Numbered from the stretch's first letter, positions 20,101 to 31,455 are shown. The stretch is 64,000 nt of DNA from an uncultured Acidobacteriota bacterium (GCA_913043225.1 CAJWLU010000002.1:239690-303689), one strand, 5' to 3'. Numbers and translations: made by a program. The notes: a model not told the origin generated them from the letters alone.

Positions 20101-20616
20101 ATGGTCAGGAAAGTGTGGACGGTGGTGGCTCTGGCCTCCACGCTCGCGCTGTCGGGTTGCGGCAGCAACAATCTCTTCGACCCGACGAGGATGCTGAGTG
20201 TGTTCGTCGAGCTGTCGGTCGAGCCAGACGTCGTCAATGCCACCTCCGCGACCGGCGAGACATTCACGATCGGCGATGAGACGGTCGAGTTCGCCTGGAA
20301 GACGTCATTCCGAGTGATCTCTAGTCTGTCCGACGAACAGCCACAGGCCACGATCTCCGCCTTGGCCCTACTGGTGCAGCAGGCCACGGGCGGCATCATC
20401 ATTTCGCCGGTGCCCGGGCAGGCAGAGAGCTTCCGGTTCGACACGAGAACCGACGGCAATATCATCACGCCAGGCAGTTCTAAGGTTACCGAGTTCGACG
20501 TTTGGTATACCTTGCCGAACCAGGGGCGCGAGGCGGTGATCACCGTCACGGTCAGCTACATCAACGATTCAGGGCTCACCCGTACCGAGAACATCACGGT
20601 CAGGGTCGCTCCATAG
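20101..20616 (+). CDS. Hypothetical lipoprotein (paralog 2)
   Basis: Lipobox LSGC; collinear with the preceding protein; EFDVWYTLP. Confidence 0.85.
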   Translation: MVRKVWTVVALASTLALSGCGSNNLFDPTRMLSVFVELSVEPDVVNATSATGETFTIGDETVEFAWKTSFRVISSLSDEQPQATISALALLVQQATGGIIISPVPGQAESFRFDTRTDGNIITPGSSKVTEFDVWYTLPNQGREAVITVTVSYINDSGLTRTENITVRVAP

Positions 20617-20620
20617 GTTT

Positions 20621-20809
20621 CCTGGCGATCCGTCCGTCTGGCGGCGTTGCTTCGTCGGTTACAGAAGGTCCTGCGTTGCGGGAACGCGAAGCAATCCTGG
20701 GGCTAGGTGCAGGACCCGCCAGCTATTCCTTGGTTGCCCGCTCCTCCCCCTTGCCGGAGGGGCTAACACCCGCGCCTTTCTGGTGCCCGTGGCCGAACGC
20801 CTTGCCAGG
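20621..20809. other. Highly self-complementary intergenic element, candidate structured RNA
   Basis: Complementary pairs: 20621-20636/20794-20809, 20638-20644/20716-20722, 20647-20654/20687-20694, 20667-20674/20709-20716, 20747-20752/20757-20762. Confidence 0.4.
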
Positions 20810-20827
20810 CAGCTCGGTGTGGGGAAC

Positions 20828-21904
20828 TTAGTTCTGCGGATAAGTTTTGGAATGGCCGTTCCGGCTGTTCGTGATGGTGAAGGAGCCATCGCGCCTAGCG
20901 CTGATCTTGATCCAGGCGCTCGGTCCGGTGTGTACGGCATCCTCATCGTCGGCTGACGCGAAGTCCTGCAAGTTCGCAATGAATTGCTCCGGAGCATTCA
21001 GCGATCCGGCCGGGATCGAGTAGTGGTTTTGCCAGAGATCCTCGATCGTGGGGGCTCGACCCAGGCTCGCAAAGGTATGAAGAGCGCCTCCCTTGCGGGG
21101 GCCGTTGTTCATCACTGCAGCCCGGGGCGCAAGGGCGCGTACCAGTGCCTCAGCGCCGGACGTGTCCGACCCGTGGTGCGACACTAGATATAGATCGACC
21201 CTGCCGATCTTGTTGTTCGGGCACATCAGCGGGTACTCCTTGTTCCAGGTAAGGTCGCCCATGATGACAGTGCGGAACGCGCCGAATCCAAGATGGGCGC
21301 TGAGGGAACGCTGGTCCTCGGCATCGCCATAGCGGCTGGTTATCTCTGAGCCATGGAAGTCGAAGTCGTCGCAGAAGTAGTTCGGCGCGCCGGCGCCAGG
21401 TAGCGGCGTGTCCAGTACCTCGCCATGCGAAGAAAGCATCGTTACCTGGATGTCACCCAGTGGGATGGTGTCGCCTGGCGCGACCACTCGATGGTCAGCT
21501 GATTCGCGCAGATCTACATAGCGATCGAACGCCGCGAGCTGGCGCTCGCCCTCGTCGACGGTCTCCCCATGATCGAGAAAGGTACGAACGGGCAGACGCG
21601 CAATGAGCTGGTGGGCGCCACCCATGTGGTCGGTGTGGAAGTGGGTGACCACGAGATAGTCGATTTCGTCAATTCCAGCGTCCGCGGCAACGGCCGCAAT
21701 ACGATCCGCATCACGGCCGTCGAACCCGGGCCAGCCGGCGTCCACTAGCATCGACTCACCGGAGGGTGCAACGAACAAGGTCGCCTCGCCACCTTCGACG
21801 TCGATGACGTAGATGTCGAGCGTCTCCTCGTCGGCTGGTTCTTGCGCCGCGAGTGTCCCGGACACCGGGAGCAGCCCAAGCATCACCGCAGTTAGCCACC
21901 GCAT
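20828..21904 (-). CDS. Secreted metallo-beta-lactamase-fold hydrolase (ComEC/Rec2-like MBL domain)
   Basis: Signal peptide; IDVEGGEA, LVDAG, THFHTDHMGG (HxHxDH), MGDL, SHHGS. Confidence 0.88.
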   Translation of the reverse strand: MRWLTAVMLGLLPVSGTLAAQEPADEETLDIYVIDVEGGEATLFVAPSGESMLVDAGWPGFDGRDADRIAAVAADAGIDEIDYLVVTHFHTDHMGGAHQLIARLPVRTFLDHGETVDEGERQLAAFDRYVDLRESADHRVVAPGDTIPLGDIQVTMLSSHGEVLDTPLPGAGAPNYFCDDFDFHGSEITSRYGDAEDQRSLSAHLGFGAFRTVIMGDLTWNKEYPLMCPNNKIGRVDLYLVSHHGSDTSGAEALVRALAPRAAVMNNGPRKGGALHTFASLGRAPTIEDLWQNHYSIPAGSLNAPEQFIANLQDFASADDEDAVHTGPSAWIKISARRDGSFTITNSRNGHSKTYPQN

Positions 21905-21924
21905 ACAGCCCCCCAGTGCGCGAG

Positions 21925-21958
21925 AAAAAAGGCGGCGATCGCCGAAGCAACCACCGCC
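21925..21958 (-). terminator. Rho-independent terminator after the PQQ-like propeller operon
   Basis: GGCGGTGGTTGC-TTCG-GCGATCGCCGCC-TTTTTT on the minus strand: 12-bp stem (with G-U pairs), UUCG loop, U6 tail. Confidence 0.9.
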
Positions 21959-21991
21959 CCCAAAGGCCCAGCCCAGCGCCTGAATCGCGCG

Positions 21992-23458
21992 CTAGTCGTC
22001 CAGCGGCTCGCCCTGGGCGCCGTCCTGAATGGCCCAGAGACGGTTCCGGGTCAGGATGTACATCACGCCGTCTCGTACCACCGGAGTGCTGTAGACAGAC
22101 GCGCCCATGTTGAGCTCGGCCAGTTCTTCCATTTCGCGGCCGGCCCGGAGCACCACGATGTCTCCGTCCTCGTCGCCGAGGAAGACCTTGCCATCCACCA
22201 CGAAGGGCGAGCCCCAGACGGCGGCAAAGGCGTCGTAGGTCCAGAACTCCTCCCCGGTGTCCGGATCCAGCGCGTGTAGGAAACCGGAGAGGCTGGAGAT
22301 GTAGAGGACGCCGTCGGCGATCGCGGCGGTCGACATCGTGCGGTAGAAGTCCTCACCGTCCCGGCTCCACACCTTATGCGTGTCGGTGACGTCCCCGGTC
22401 CCGGTCGCGTCGATAGCGTAGAAATGTCCGGGCGCTTCCCCGTGTTCCGGGTCCTGTCCCATGCCGATGTACACCCGGTCGTTGTAGATGACCGGTGTGG
22501 AGAGGATGTTGTTGCGGGTGCCGCGGCCGCCCAGAATCCACTCCGAGTCCTTGGGGTTGCCGTCGAACTGCCAGATCTCCTCACCGGTAGCGGCATCCAG
22601 TGAATAGACGATGCCGTCGCCTCCCGCCACGATGACCTGCTCGCGTCCGGCGATTTCGGCGTAGGCTGGATTGGTCCAGCTGCCGTGCAGCACGCCTTCG
22701 CCCACGTCCACGTTCTCCCAGATCAGTTCACCCGTGTTCTTGTCGAGCGCGATGATGTGGGGTGAGAACGGCGACGGAATGTTGACGTGTCCTTCGTCAA
22801 CGCCGTTACTCGTGACTGTGTAGAGCACGTCCCCGACGATGAGCGGAGAGCCGGTCGCTAGGTTGTGGGGGAAGACATCGAGCTCGCCGATCATGTCGTA
22901 GGACCAGAGGATGTCTCCGTCGGTCGGGCCGGTGCCCGTCTCGTCCATGAACGGTCCGTCGTTCCCGTTTGCCAGCCCTTCCACGTCGAGGCAGACCACG
23001 TGGGCCTGATTCGACACGTACCAGACCCGATCGCCCTCGATGAAGGCGGTCGAGCAAACGCCCTGCAGCGGCCAGTCGTTCACTCGGCCGGCCGACAGCT
23101 TGTCGTGCACCATCTGCCAGATGAAGTCGCCCGACGCAGCATCGAAGGCCATGAGCACACCCATGTCACCTTCGTAGGCCGGGTCTCTCACTCCTTCGTT
23201 GTTGGTCCCGACATAGACCTTTCCGTTAGCGACTGTCGGGCCGCCGTAGGCCTGTGATCCTACCGGCTGGCTCCAGAGAATGTTCGCTCCGGTGCGCGGA
23301 TCCCAGGTCTCGGGCACCCCGGTCTCGTCCGAGACCATGTTTCGGGACGGGGTGTTCCCGAACATCCCGACCTCGTCCTGGGCCGCGATGGGTGCGGCTG
23401 CTGCCACTACCGCGAGGATGCCGGCCGCCACTGTTTGTACTGCACGCAATCGAGTCAT
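21992..23458 (-). CDS. PQQ-binding-like beta-propeller repeat protein, secreted
   Basis: Signal peptide; repeated ALD..TGE..W blades; very acidic. Confidence 0.88.
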   Translation of the reverse strand: MTRLRAVQTVAAGILAVVAAAAPIAAQDEVGMFGNTPSRNMVSDETGVPETWDPRTGANILWSQPVGSQAYGGPTVANGKVYVGTNNEGVRDPAYEGDMGVLMAFDAASGDFIWQMVHDKLSAGRVNDWPLQGVCSTAFIEGDRVWYVSNQAHVVCLDVEGLANGNDGPFMDETGTGPTDGDILWSYDMIGELDVFPHNLATGSPLIVGDVLYTVTSNGVDEGHVNIPSPFSPHIIALDKNTGELIWENVDVGEGVLHGSWTNPAYAEIAGREQVIVAGGDGIVYSLDAATGEEIWQFDGNPKDSEWILGGRGTRNNILSTPVIYNDRVYIGMGQDPEHGEAPGHFYAIDATGTGDVTDTHKVWSRDGEDFYRTMSTAAIADGVLYISSLSGFLHALDPDTGEEFWTYDAFAAVWGSPFVVDGKVFLGDEDGDIVVLRAGREMEELAELNMGASVYSTPVVRDGVMYILTRNRLWAIQDGAQGEPLDD

Positions 23459-25677
23459 TGGTTCTCCACCACGCTGACGTTGTCGAAGTAGATGTCGATC
23501 GGCGAGTAGCCGATGATACCGGGGCTTCCGGTGTGGTTGGGTACTGGGTCTTCGGCGGTCAGCGTCCAGTCCGAGGGCTCTGAGGCGTCCCGTGGCCAGA
23601 CCTTGGCCTGCACGATGGCTTGGTCGCCTTCGATGTCCACCCGGAGCTTAAGGGTGTACCAAGTGTTCGGTTCCCAAGGGAAGTCGACCTCTTCCTGGAT
23701 TCTGAGCTCCGCCGCCCACGACTGGATCATGAGTTTCTGGCGATTACCCTGCAGGTCCATCGTGTAGCCGCTATTGATCAGGCCGATGTCCGGTCGCCGG
23801 CGACCCCGCTGAGTGGCGAACACGTCGGCCTGCACGGTGTAGCCCGACATGCTGGCGGGGCCCATGTAGGTGGCGTGCCGGTGAATGCCGGTGCGGGACG
23901 CGCCCTTGCGGAACACCAGGTTGCCATCGACCTCTTCGACCGCGAGGCTCCCTCCGCCGCCGATCCACTGGGGCGGCCGGCCATTCTCGAAGTTCTCGGA
24001 CCAGGGGAGTGGCGCGTAGACCCGCACCTGACCGACGGCGCTCAGTCCGCCCACGGTAGCGGTGACGGTGCCCGCCTGGTTGCTTGCCCGAGCGTCAGTC
24101 GACAGTACCCCGTTGGCCGAGATCGAGCTGCCAGCCAGGTCTTCGAGCGACCAGCTGGCCTCCTGCAGTCCGATGAAGCGCCCGCCCGCGTCGTAGGCCC
24201 GTACCTCGAACTCGATGCTGTCGCCTCCCGAGGCGATCACTTCGGCCGGTACGACCTGAAGTATGGAAGGCGTGCTCGTGGCGGCAATCTCATCGTCCAG
24301 GTCTGGGGCCGCGCCCGCCCTTGCCGTGAACGGGGTGTCCGGAGCCCCGATCGCGTAGATGCCGGCCTCCGACGTCACGTAGAGTCGTCCGTAGCCGACT
24401 GCGAACGAGCCGTAGACCTCGGCGTAGCGTTCTTCGTCTCGCATCTGCAACTCGTCGTGATCGAGCTCGGTGGCTCCGCTGGGGCCAGGCTGCAAGATGC
24501 GCACGTTCCCGTTGGTTTCGGTGACGAAGAGCTTGCCGTCGGCCCACACCGGCGACGCCTTACCGACGTTGCCGACGCTGGTTTCCCACTGCACGGCGCC
24601 GGTGGCCGCGTCGAGTGAGAACAGGTTGGCCGAGTTGTCGATTACGTAGAGCGAGCCGTCATGCAGCAACGGCGACGAGAACCCGACTGCCATCTCCTCA
24701 ACCCGCCACTTCTCGTGTGTCGCGGTCACGTCCCCGGCGCCGGTAGCGTCAATCGCCACCACCCGTCCCATGATGCCGGAGTCGATGTTCTCCTCGCTGT
24801 GCGCGACGTAAACCGTGTCGTCGACTAGGACGGGCGAGACGTTGATCCCGCGCTTACTGAGGTGGAATTCCCAGACCTTCTCGCCTGTCCGCGCCTTCAG
24901 CGCGTAGATCCGGCCGTCGGCGTTCCCGTCGATCCAGAGCCGCTGACCGTTCACGACGCCGACGATGCCGACTGACTGCGTGTTCATGTCGGCCACGTTG
25001 CCGCCAGGCGTCGAGTGCCACCGGATCTCGCCGGTGAGCTTGTCGAACCCGAAGTAACGGTGACGGGGTGGGCCGCCCAGGTTGCCCCAGGCGCCGCCGA
25101 TGATGCTGAGCAGCAGCTGGTCTTCATCGATCAACGGCGTAGTAGTTCGGCCGCCGTAGCCGGAGGCCCGCCCAATTTCCTCGGCCAGCCGCCAGCTCCA
25201 CACGGTGCTGCCATCGCGATCGAATACGTTCAGGTAGCCGTCGATATTCATCGCGTAGAGGTAGCCGGTGTCGGGGTCGCCCGTGACACTGCCCCAGCCA
25301 ACCCGGTTGAACGGCACCGTGGTGTTCAGGATGTTGAACTGGTGCTGCCACAGCTTCTCGCCGGTCTCGGCGTTCCAGCAGGCCACAACCTCCTGCTCGT
25401 CCACGCCGTCGCCGGTCCGGCCGTTGGCGCACACCCGGCCGTCGAACACCGCCGGGGTCGAGCGTCCGACCCACTCGTCCTCCCAGACGAGGTTTTCCCC
25501 GTCCTGGGACCAGCTTGACGGAAGTCCGGTCTGGTCCGACACGCCGGTCTGGCTCCGTCCCCGCCAACTCGGCCAGTCTTGGGCGACGGCCGGGAGCGAA
25601 AGCCCGAGTAGCGCCATCAGCAGCGCCGCGGCAACCCGCGTCGTGACGCCGTATGCAGCCCTGGTCATCCGATGCAT
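23455..25677 (-). CDS. PQQ-binding-like beta-propeller protein with C-terminal Ig-like and beta-sandwich (concanavalin-like) domains
   Basis: Signal peptide; DWPSWRG; TGE..W blades; then LQVVPAEV...TVTATVGG, and WYTLKLRV...YFDNVSV. ATGA overlap with the next gene. Confidence 0.88.
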   Translation of the reverse strand: MHRMTRAAYGVTTRVAAALLMALLGLSLPAVAQDWPSWRGRSQTGVSDQTGLPSSWSQDGENLVWEDEWVGRSTPAVFDGRVCANGRTGDGVDEQEVVACWNAETGEKLWQHQFNILNTTVPFNRVGWGSVTGDPDTGYLYAMNIDGYLNVFDRDGSTVWSWRLAEEIGRASGYGGRTTTPLIDEDQLLLSIIGGAWGNLGGPPRHRYFGFDKLTGEIRWHSTPGGNVADMNTQSVGIVGVVNGQRLWIDGNADGRIYALKARTGEKVWEFHLSKRGINVSPVLVDDTVYVAHSEENIDSGIMGRVVAIDATGAGDVTATHEKWRVEEMAVGFSSPLLHDGSLYVIDNSANLFSLDAATGAVQWETSVGNVGKASPVWADGKLFVTETNGNVRILQPGPSGATELDHDELQMRDEERYAEVYGSFAVGYGRLYVTSEAGIYAIGAPDTPFTARAGAAPDLDDEIAATSTPSILQVVPAEVIASGGDSIEFEVRAYDAGGRFIGLQEASWSLEDLAGSSISANGVLSTDARASNQAGTVTATVGGLSAVGQVRVYAPLPWSENFENGRPPQWIGGGGSLAVEEVDGNLVFRKGASRTGIHRHATYMGPASMSGYTVQADVFATQRGRRRPDIGLINSGYTMDLQGNRQKLMIQSWAAELRIQEEVDFPWEPNTWYTLKLRVDIEGDQAIVQAKVWPRDASEPSDWTLTAEDPVPNHTGSPGIIGYSPIDIYFDNVSVVENQ

Positions 25678-25758
25678 CCTCGCTGAAATGGAAACCGGCG
25701 TGGGTGACAGGTCGCCACGAACACCCCGGGAAGCAACCGTAGCCGACCGCTAATTGTA

Positions 25759-26892
25759 TCAGGCGCTCAGCCGGTCGATTGCCCAGAACAGCCCGACGAA
25801 GGCGATGCCGGCCGAGAAGGGCATCACCAGTCGGGTTCGATACCAGTCACGTTCTCGACACCAGCCGAGCAGTAACCAGGCGGCCGCGATGACGCCCAGC
25901 TGTCCCAATTCGATGCCGAGGTTGAACGTGGCCAGTCCGAGTGTCCGATGTCCCGGCGGGAGACCCAGCTCGGTCAGGACGCCGGCGAACCCGAGGCCAT
26001 GAAGCAGGCCGAAGCCGAAGACAACGACCGGCCGCCAGGGGTGGAGCCGGTCGGTCAGCAGGTTCTCCACCGCCACGTAGGTGATGGAGAGCGCGATCAG
26101 CGGCTCGACGACCGACGCCGGAAGCGACACGACCTCAAGAACGGCGAGCGTCAGCGTCACCGCGTGCGCTACGGTGAACGCGGTGATCTGCCAGACCAGC
26201 GGCCGCAATCCGGTACCCAGCAGAAACAGGCCGATGACGAAGAGCACGTGGTCTAGTCCGCGCGGCAGGATGTGCAAGAAGCCGAGACGTAGATAGCGGC
26301 CGGCCACCGTTGACGACGGTTCGGGGGGCAGGTCGCCGAGCAGGGTGAACGGTTCGCTGCGATCGCCTCGCTCCAGCAGCGACTGTCGGCTGAGGTTCCG
26401 GGTCTCGTCCAGGATCGTCAGGTTGACCTCGGCAAAGGCGCGAGAGGCGAAGAACTCGAGTTCTTCAGCCCCGGCCGGTATCTCGCCCGTGAGCCGCGCG
26501 GTCAGACCGAGGAGGGTGGGGATTGCTGCCTCGGTCGCCGCTGGGGTGCCGTAGTCGGGAAAGCTGACCTCGAAGGGCGCCGGTTCGCCATCGAAGCGCA
26601 GGCGGACGCGCCGTTCGAACAGGCGCCGGAGGCGCTCCAGACGTTCGTCGAACTCGGCGGGGGTCAGGGCGGTGAGCGTGGCGACCAGCGTGGCGTCGTC
26701 GGCGTCTTGCGGGGCGGCGAGCGCCAGGGCGTCGAGATCGGTCGTCAGATCTGCCTGGAAGGTCCCGTCCGGGCGGAGCAGCACCGCAGTGTCGGTGAAC
26801 CGGAGCGGATGCGTCAGTGCGGTGGACGGCCACCAACTCCATCCCAGCGCGATACAGACGAACCAGAGTGCCACGCGGCGGGGTTGAAGCAT
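25759..26892 (-). CDS. HupE/UreJ family membrane protein with periplasmic N-domain
   Basis: Signal peptide followed by His; GFLHILPRGLDHVLF, TAFTVAHAVTL, FGLLHGLGFA, FNLGIELGQ. Confidence 0.9.
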   Translation of the reverse strand: MLQPRRVALWFVCIALGWSWWPSTALTHPLRFTDTAVLLRPDGTFQADLTTDLDALALAAPQDADDATLVATLTALTPAEFDERLERLRRLFERRVRLRFDGEPAPFEVSFPDYGTPAATEAAIPTLLGLTARLTGEIPAGAEELEFFASRAFAEVNLTILDETRNLSRQSLLERGDRSEPFTLLGDLPPEPSSTVAGRYLRLGFLHILPRGLDHVLFVIGLFLLGTGLRPLVWQITAFTVAHAVTLTLAVLEVVSLPASVVEPLIALSITYVAVENLLTDRLHPWRPVVVFGFGLLHGLGFAGVLTELGLPPGHRTLGLATFNLGIELGQLGVIAAAWLLLGWCRERDWYRTRLVMPFSAGIAFVGLFWAIDRLSA

Positions 26893-26933
26893 CTGTCTAT
26901 GCTACGACAGCTGCTCCGGGGTACCCTCGCCCC

Positions 26934-27827
26934 ATGGACGGTGAGACGCAGGCGCTCATTTGGCTAGCGGCCGCCAAGTGGTTGACCGATCTCGGGCTGC
27001 TGTGGATGGTCGGCGTGCTCGCATTTCGCACGATCAGCCGGCTTGTTGGGAGCGTTCCGCTCGGATCGGTCCCGCGCCAAGCCGCTGCGGCGCTCGCGCT
27101 GCTCGTGGTCGGATGCGCGGCCCGTCTTTGGGCGCAGACCTACGCCACGTTCGGGCTCGACGAGCCGGTCACGGGGGAGTTGATACGCCTGGTAGCCGAG
27201 GAGACGCGCTGGGGTGGCCGCTGGGTGCTGCAAGCTGCCTCACTGACTGTCGCCGTCGCCCTGGCTGGGCTGTTGCCGGTAGCGCCTCGGTGGGGCTGGC
27301 CGGCGTTTGGGGTCGCGACCCTGGCCATGATCGGGACCGCCCCGTTGACCGGGCATGCGATGGCAGGGGAGTCGGTGTGGTGGCCCATGCTCCTCCAGGG
27401 CCTGCATTTACTGGGCGCGGGCGCCTGGTTGGGGACGTTGGGGGTGCTACTGGCGAGCGGACTCGCGTCATGCCGCGGTGACGCCGTCCGGGTGTCGTCC
27501 CTCGTCGATCGGTTCTCACCCTTGGCTCTCGGCTCGGCCACGACGGTCGCCGTGACCGGAGGCTTGACGGCGCTGCTCTATGTTGGCGGACTGGGGCAGT
27601 TCTGGACGAGCACCTACGGGAGGGTGCTGTTGCTGAAGACGGTGCTTTTCCTGACGACGGCCATGGTGGGCGCGTACAACTGGCGGCGGGTGCGACCCCG
27701 GCTAGGGGCTCCGGGAGGGGTTGCGGCGCTGCGTCGCGCGGGCACGGTCGAGCTGACGATTGCGTCGGTGCTGCTGGCGGTCACCGCCTGGCTGGTACAT
27801 CTGCCGATGCCGGGCGGCGGGCACTGA
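26934..27827 (+). CDS. CopD family copper resistance/uptake membrane protein
   Basis: LTGHA, LHLLGAGAWLG, RFSPLA, YGRVLLLK, YNW; start at ATG 26934 avoids overlap with the divergent gene. Confidence 0.85.
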   Translation: MDGETQALIWLAAAKWLTDLGLLWMVGVLAFRTISRLVGSVPLGSVPRQAAAALALLVVGCAARLWAQTYATFGLDEPVTGELIRLVAEETRWGGRWVLQAASLTVAVALAGLLPVAPRWGWPAFGVATLAMIGTAPLTGHAMAGESVWWPMLLQGLHLLGAGAWLGTLGVLLASGLASCRGDAVRVSSLVDRFSPLALGSATTVAVTGGLTALLYVGGLGQFWTSTYGRVLLLKTVLFLTTAMVGAYNWRRVRPRLGAPGGVAALRRAGTVELTIASVLLAVTAWLVHLPMPGGGH

Positions 27828-27837
27828 CCCGCGTCGC

Positions 27838-28257
27838 CTACCGGCTCGGTTGGCGCAGCTTGATCCGGTAGGGACGGCCTCGGCGGAGGAAGTTGATTAT
27901 GGTGTCCGACTCGGAACCGATCAGACTCACGCGGGCGGCGGTGTCGACGTTATCTCCGACATCCACGCCACCGACGCGATAGATCACGTCGCCCGCTCGG
28001 AAACCGGCGGTGCCGGCCAGACTGTTCTCCGCCACCTCGGTCACCAGCACCCCTTCTCGCAGCTGGAGGTTATCCGGCTCCATGCGCGTCAGCAGCGTGT
28101 CGGTGGGCGCCGCGTCGCAGACCGTCAGTCCGAGCTCGAGCGCCCGCGGTTCGCCGCCGGGATGGCAGACGTAGAGTTCGGACGGCTGGGCCGAGGCGGC
28201 TCCCGTCAGCCCGAGGATCAGTGCTGCCGCCGGGATGTAGACCGTCGAGCACCTCAT
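27838..28257 (-). CDS. Small secreted PDZ-domain protein
   Basis: Signal peptide from ATG 28257; GVLVTEVAENSLAGTAGFRAGDVIYRVGG...RRGR. Confidence 0.75.
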   Translation of the reverse strand: MRCSTVYIPAAALILGLTGAASAQPSELYVCHPGGEPRALELGLTVCDAAPTDTLLTRMEPDNLQLREGVLVTEVAENSLAGTAGFRAGDVIYRVGGVDVGDNVDTAARVSLIGSESDTIINFLRRGRPYRIKLRQPSR

Positions 28258-28318
28258 TGGAGACAGTATACGGCCTTCGCGACGCTCGCGAAGAGTCGGA
28301 TCCGGTAACCTGTCGTGG

Positions 28319-29425
28319 ATGGCGTTTTTGTTTCGCGGTCGGTCTCTTGCGGTGTACTTCCCCCTGCTCCTGGCCTTCGGGTGGACCCCCCTCACGACCT
28401 CTGCCGCTCAGACGGACGAGGGGACGGCGGCGCGATTCGCGCAGCTCGCCCTCGATTGCGTGCATCGGGAATACCCAAACAAGATCGCGCATGTCTTGAA
28501 CGACGACGGCGATGCACTGCCGCCCCGCCTGCTCACCCCAGCCTTCTACGGCTGCTTCGACTGGCACTCATCGGTGCATGGGCATTGGCTGCTGGCTCGA
28601 CTGAGCCGGCTGTATCCCGAGGCGGAATTCGCTGCGCCGGCGCGGGCGGCGCTGGCCGAGAGTTTGACCGTCTCCAAAATCGTGGCCGAGGCGCGCTACT
28701 TCCAGGCACCCGGCCGGGCCGGGTTCGAGCGACCATATGGGCTGGCCTGGCTTCTGCAGCTGGCGGCCGAGCTTCGTGAGTGGGTTGACCCCGAGGCGCG
28801 GGCGTGGCTCACGGCGCTCAGCCCGCTCGAGGAGCGCGCCGCGATCCAGCTCAAGTCCTGGCTACCCAAGCTGAGTCACCCGATTCGGGTGGGCGAGCAT
28901 TCCCAGACCGCGTTCGCCTTCGGGCTCATTGTGGATTGGGCCCGGGTGACCGGTGACGACGAGATGCTCGACTTGCTAGGGGAGCGGGTCACCGAGTACT
29001 ACGCCGAGGACGTGAACTGTCCGCTGGCCTACGAGCCGTCTGGACAGGATTTCCTGTCGCCCTGTCTGGCCGAAGCCGACCTGATGCGGCGCATGCTCCC
29101 CCCCGAGCGCTTCCGGGTCTTCTTGCGGGCGCTGTTGCCCACCATTCCCACGACCGCGCACACCTGGCTCGAGCCGGCCGTCGTGACCGACGCGACTGAC
29201 GGAAAGCTCGCCCATCTGGATGGGTTGAACCTGAGCCGCGCCTGGATGCTGGACGGCATAGTGAACGCACTTCCGGACGACGATCCCAGACGCCCCGCGT
29301 TGCTGGCCGCGGCGGCGGCGCATCGGGAAGCGGGGTTGGCGTCGGTCACCGGCGAGCACTACGAAGGGGGCCACTGGCTCGGTACCTTCGCGACCTACCT
29401 GGTAACCGGGCGTGGTCTTCAGTAG
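28319..29425 (+). CDS. DUF2891 family protein
   Basis: REYPNK, PAFYGCFDWHSSVHGHW, FERPYGLAW, HLDGLNLSRAW, YEGGHWLGTFA. Confidence 0.85.
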   Translation: MAFLFRGRSLAVYFPLLLAFGWTPLTTSAAQTDEGTAARFAQLALDCVHREYPNKIAHVLNDDGDALPPRLLTPAFYGCFDWHSSVHGHWLLARLSRLYPEAEFAAPARAALAESLTVSKIVAEARYFQAPGRAGFERPYGLAWLLQLAAELREWVDPEARAWLTALSPLEERAAIQLKSWLPKLSHPIRVGEHSQTAFAFGLIVDWARVTGDDEMLDLLGERVTEYYAEDVNCPLAYEPSGQDFLSPCLAEADLMRRMLPPERFRVFLRALLPTIPTTAHTWLEPAVVTDATDGKLAHLDGLNLSRAWMLDGIVNALPDDDPRRPALLAAAAAHREAGLASVTGEHYEGGHWLGTFATYLVTGRGLQ

Positions 29426-29484
29426 GCTCAGGAAATCGCGGTATGCTCCGAGGTCGCGACACCGTACATCGATAGGAGATATTT

Positions 29485-31446
<1,962 letters not shown>

Positions 31447-31455
31447 CCTCGACCG

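Noticed and set aside
20660..20720. SRP RNA, 6S RNA or a true HDV-like ribozyme
   Set aside because: No CAGGUCCGGAAGGAAGCAG SRP motif, no 6S rod with central bubble, and HDV P1.1 GG and P4 absent; kept only as an unknown structured element.
21992..25677. PQQ alcohol/methanol dehydrogenase or BamB
   Set aside because: No vicinal Cys-Cys or dehydrogenase motifs, and no lipobox.
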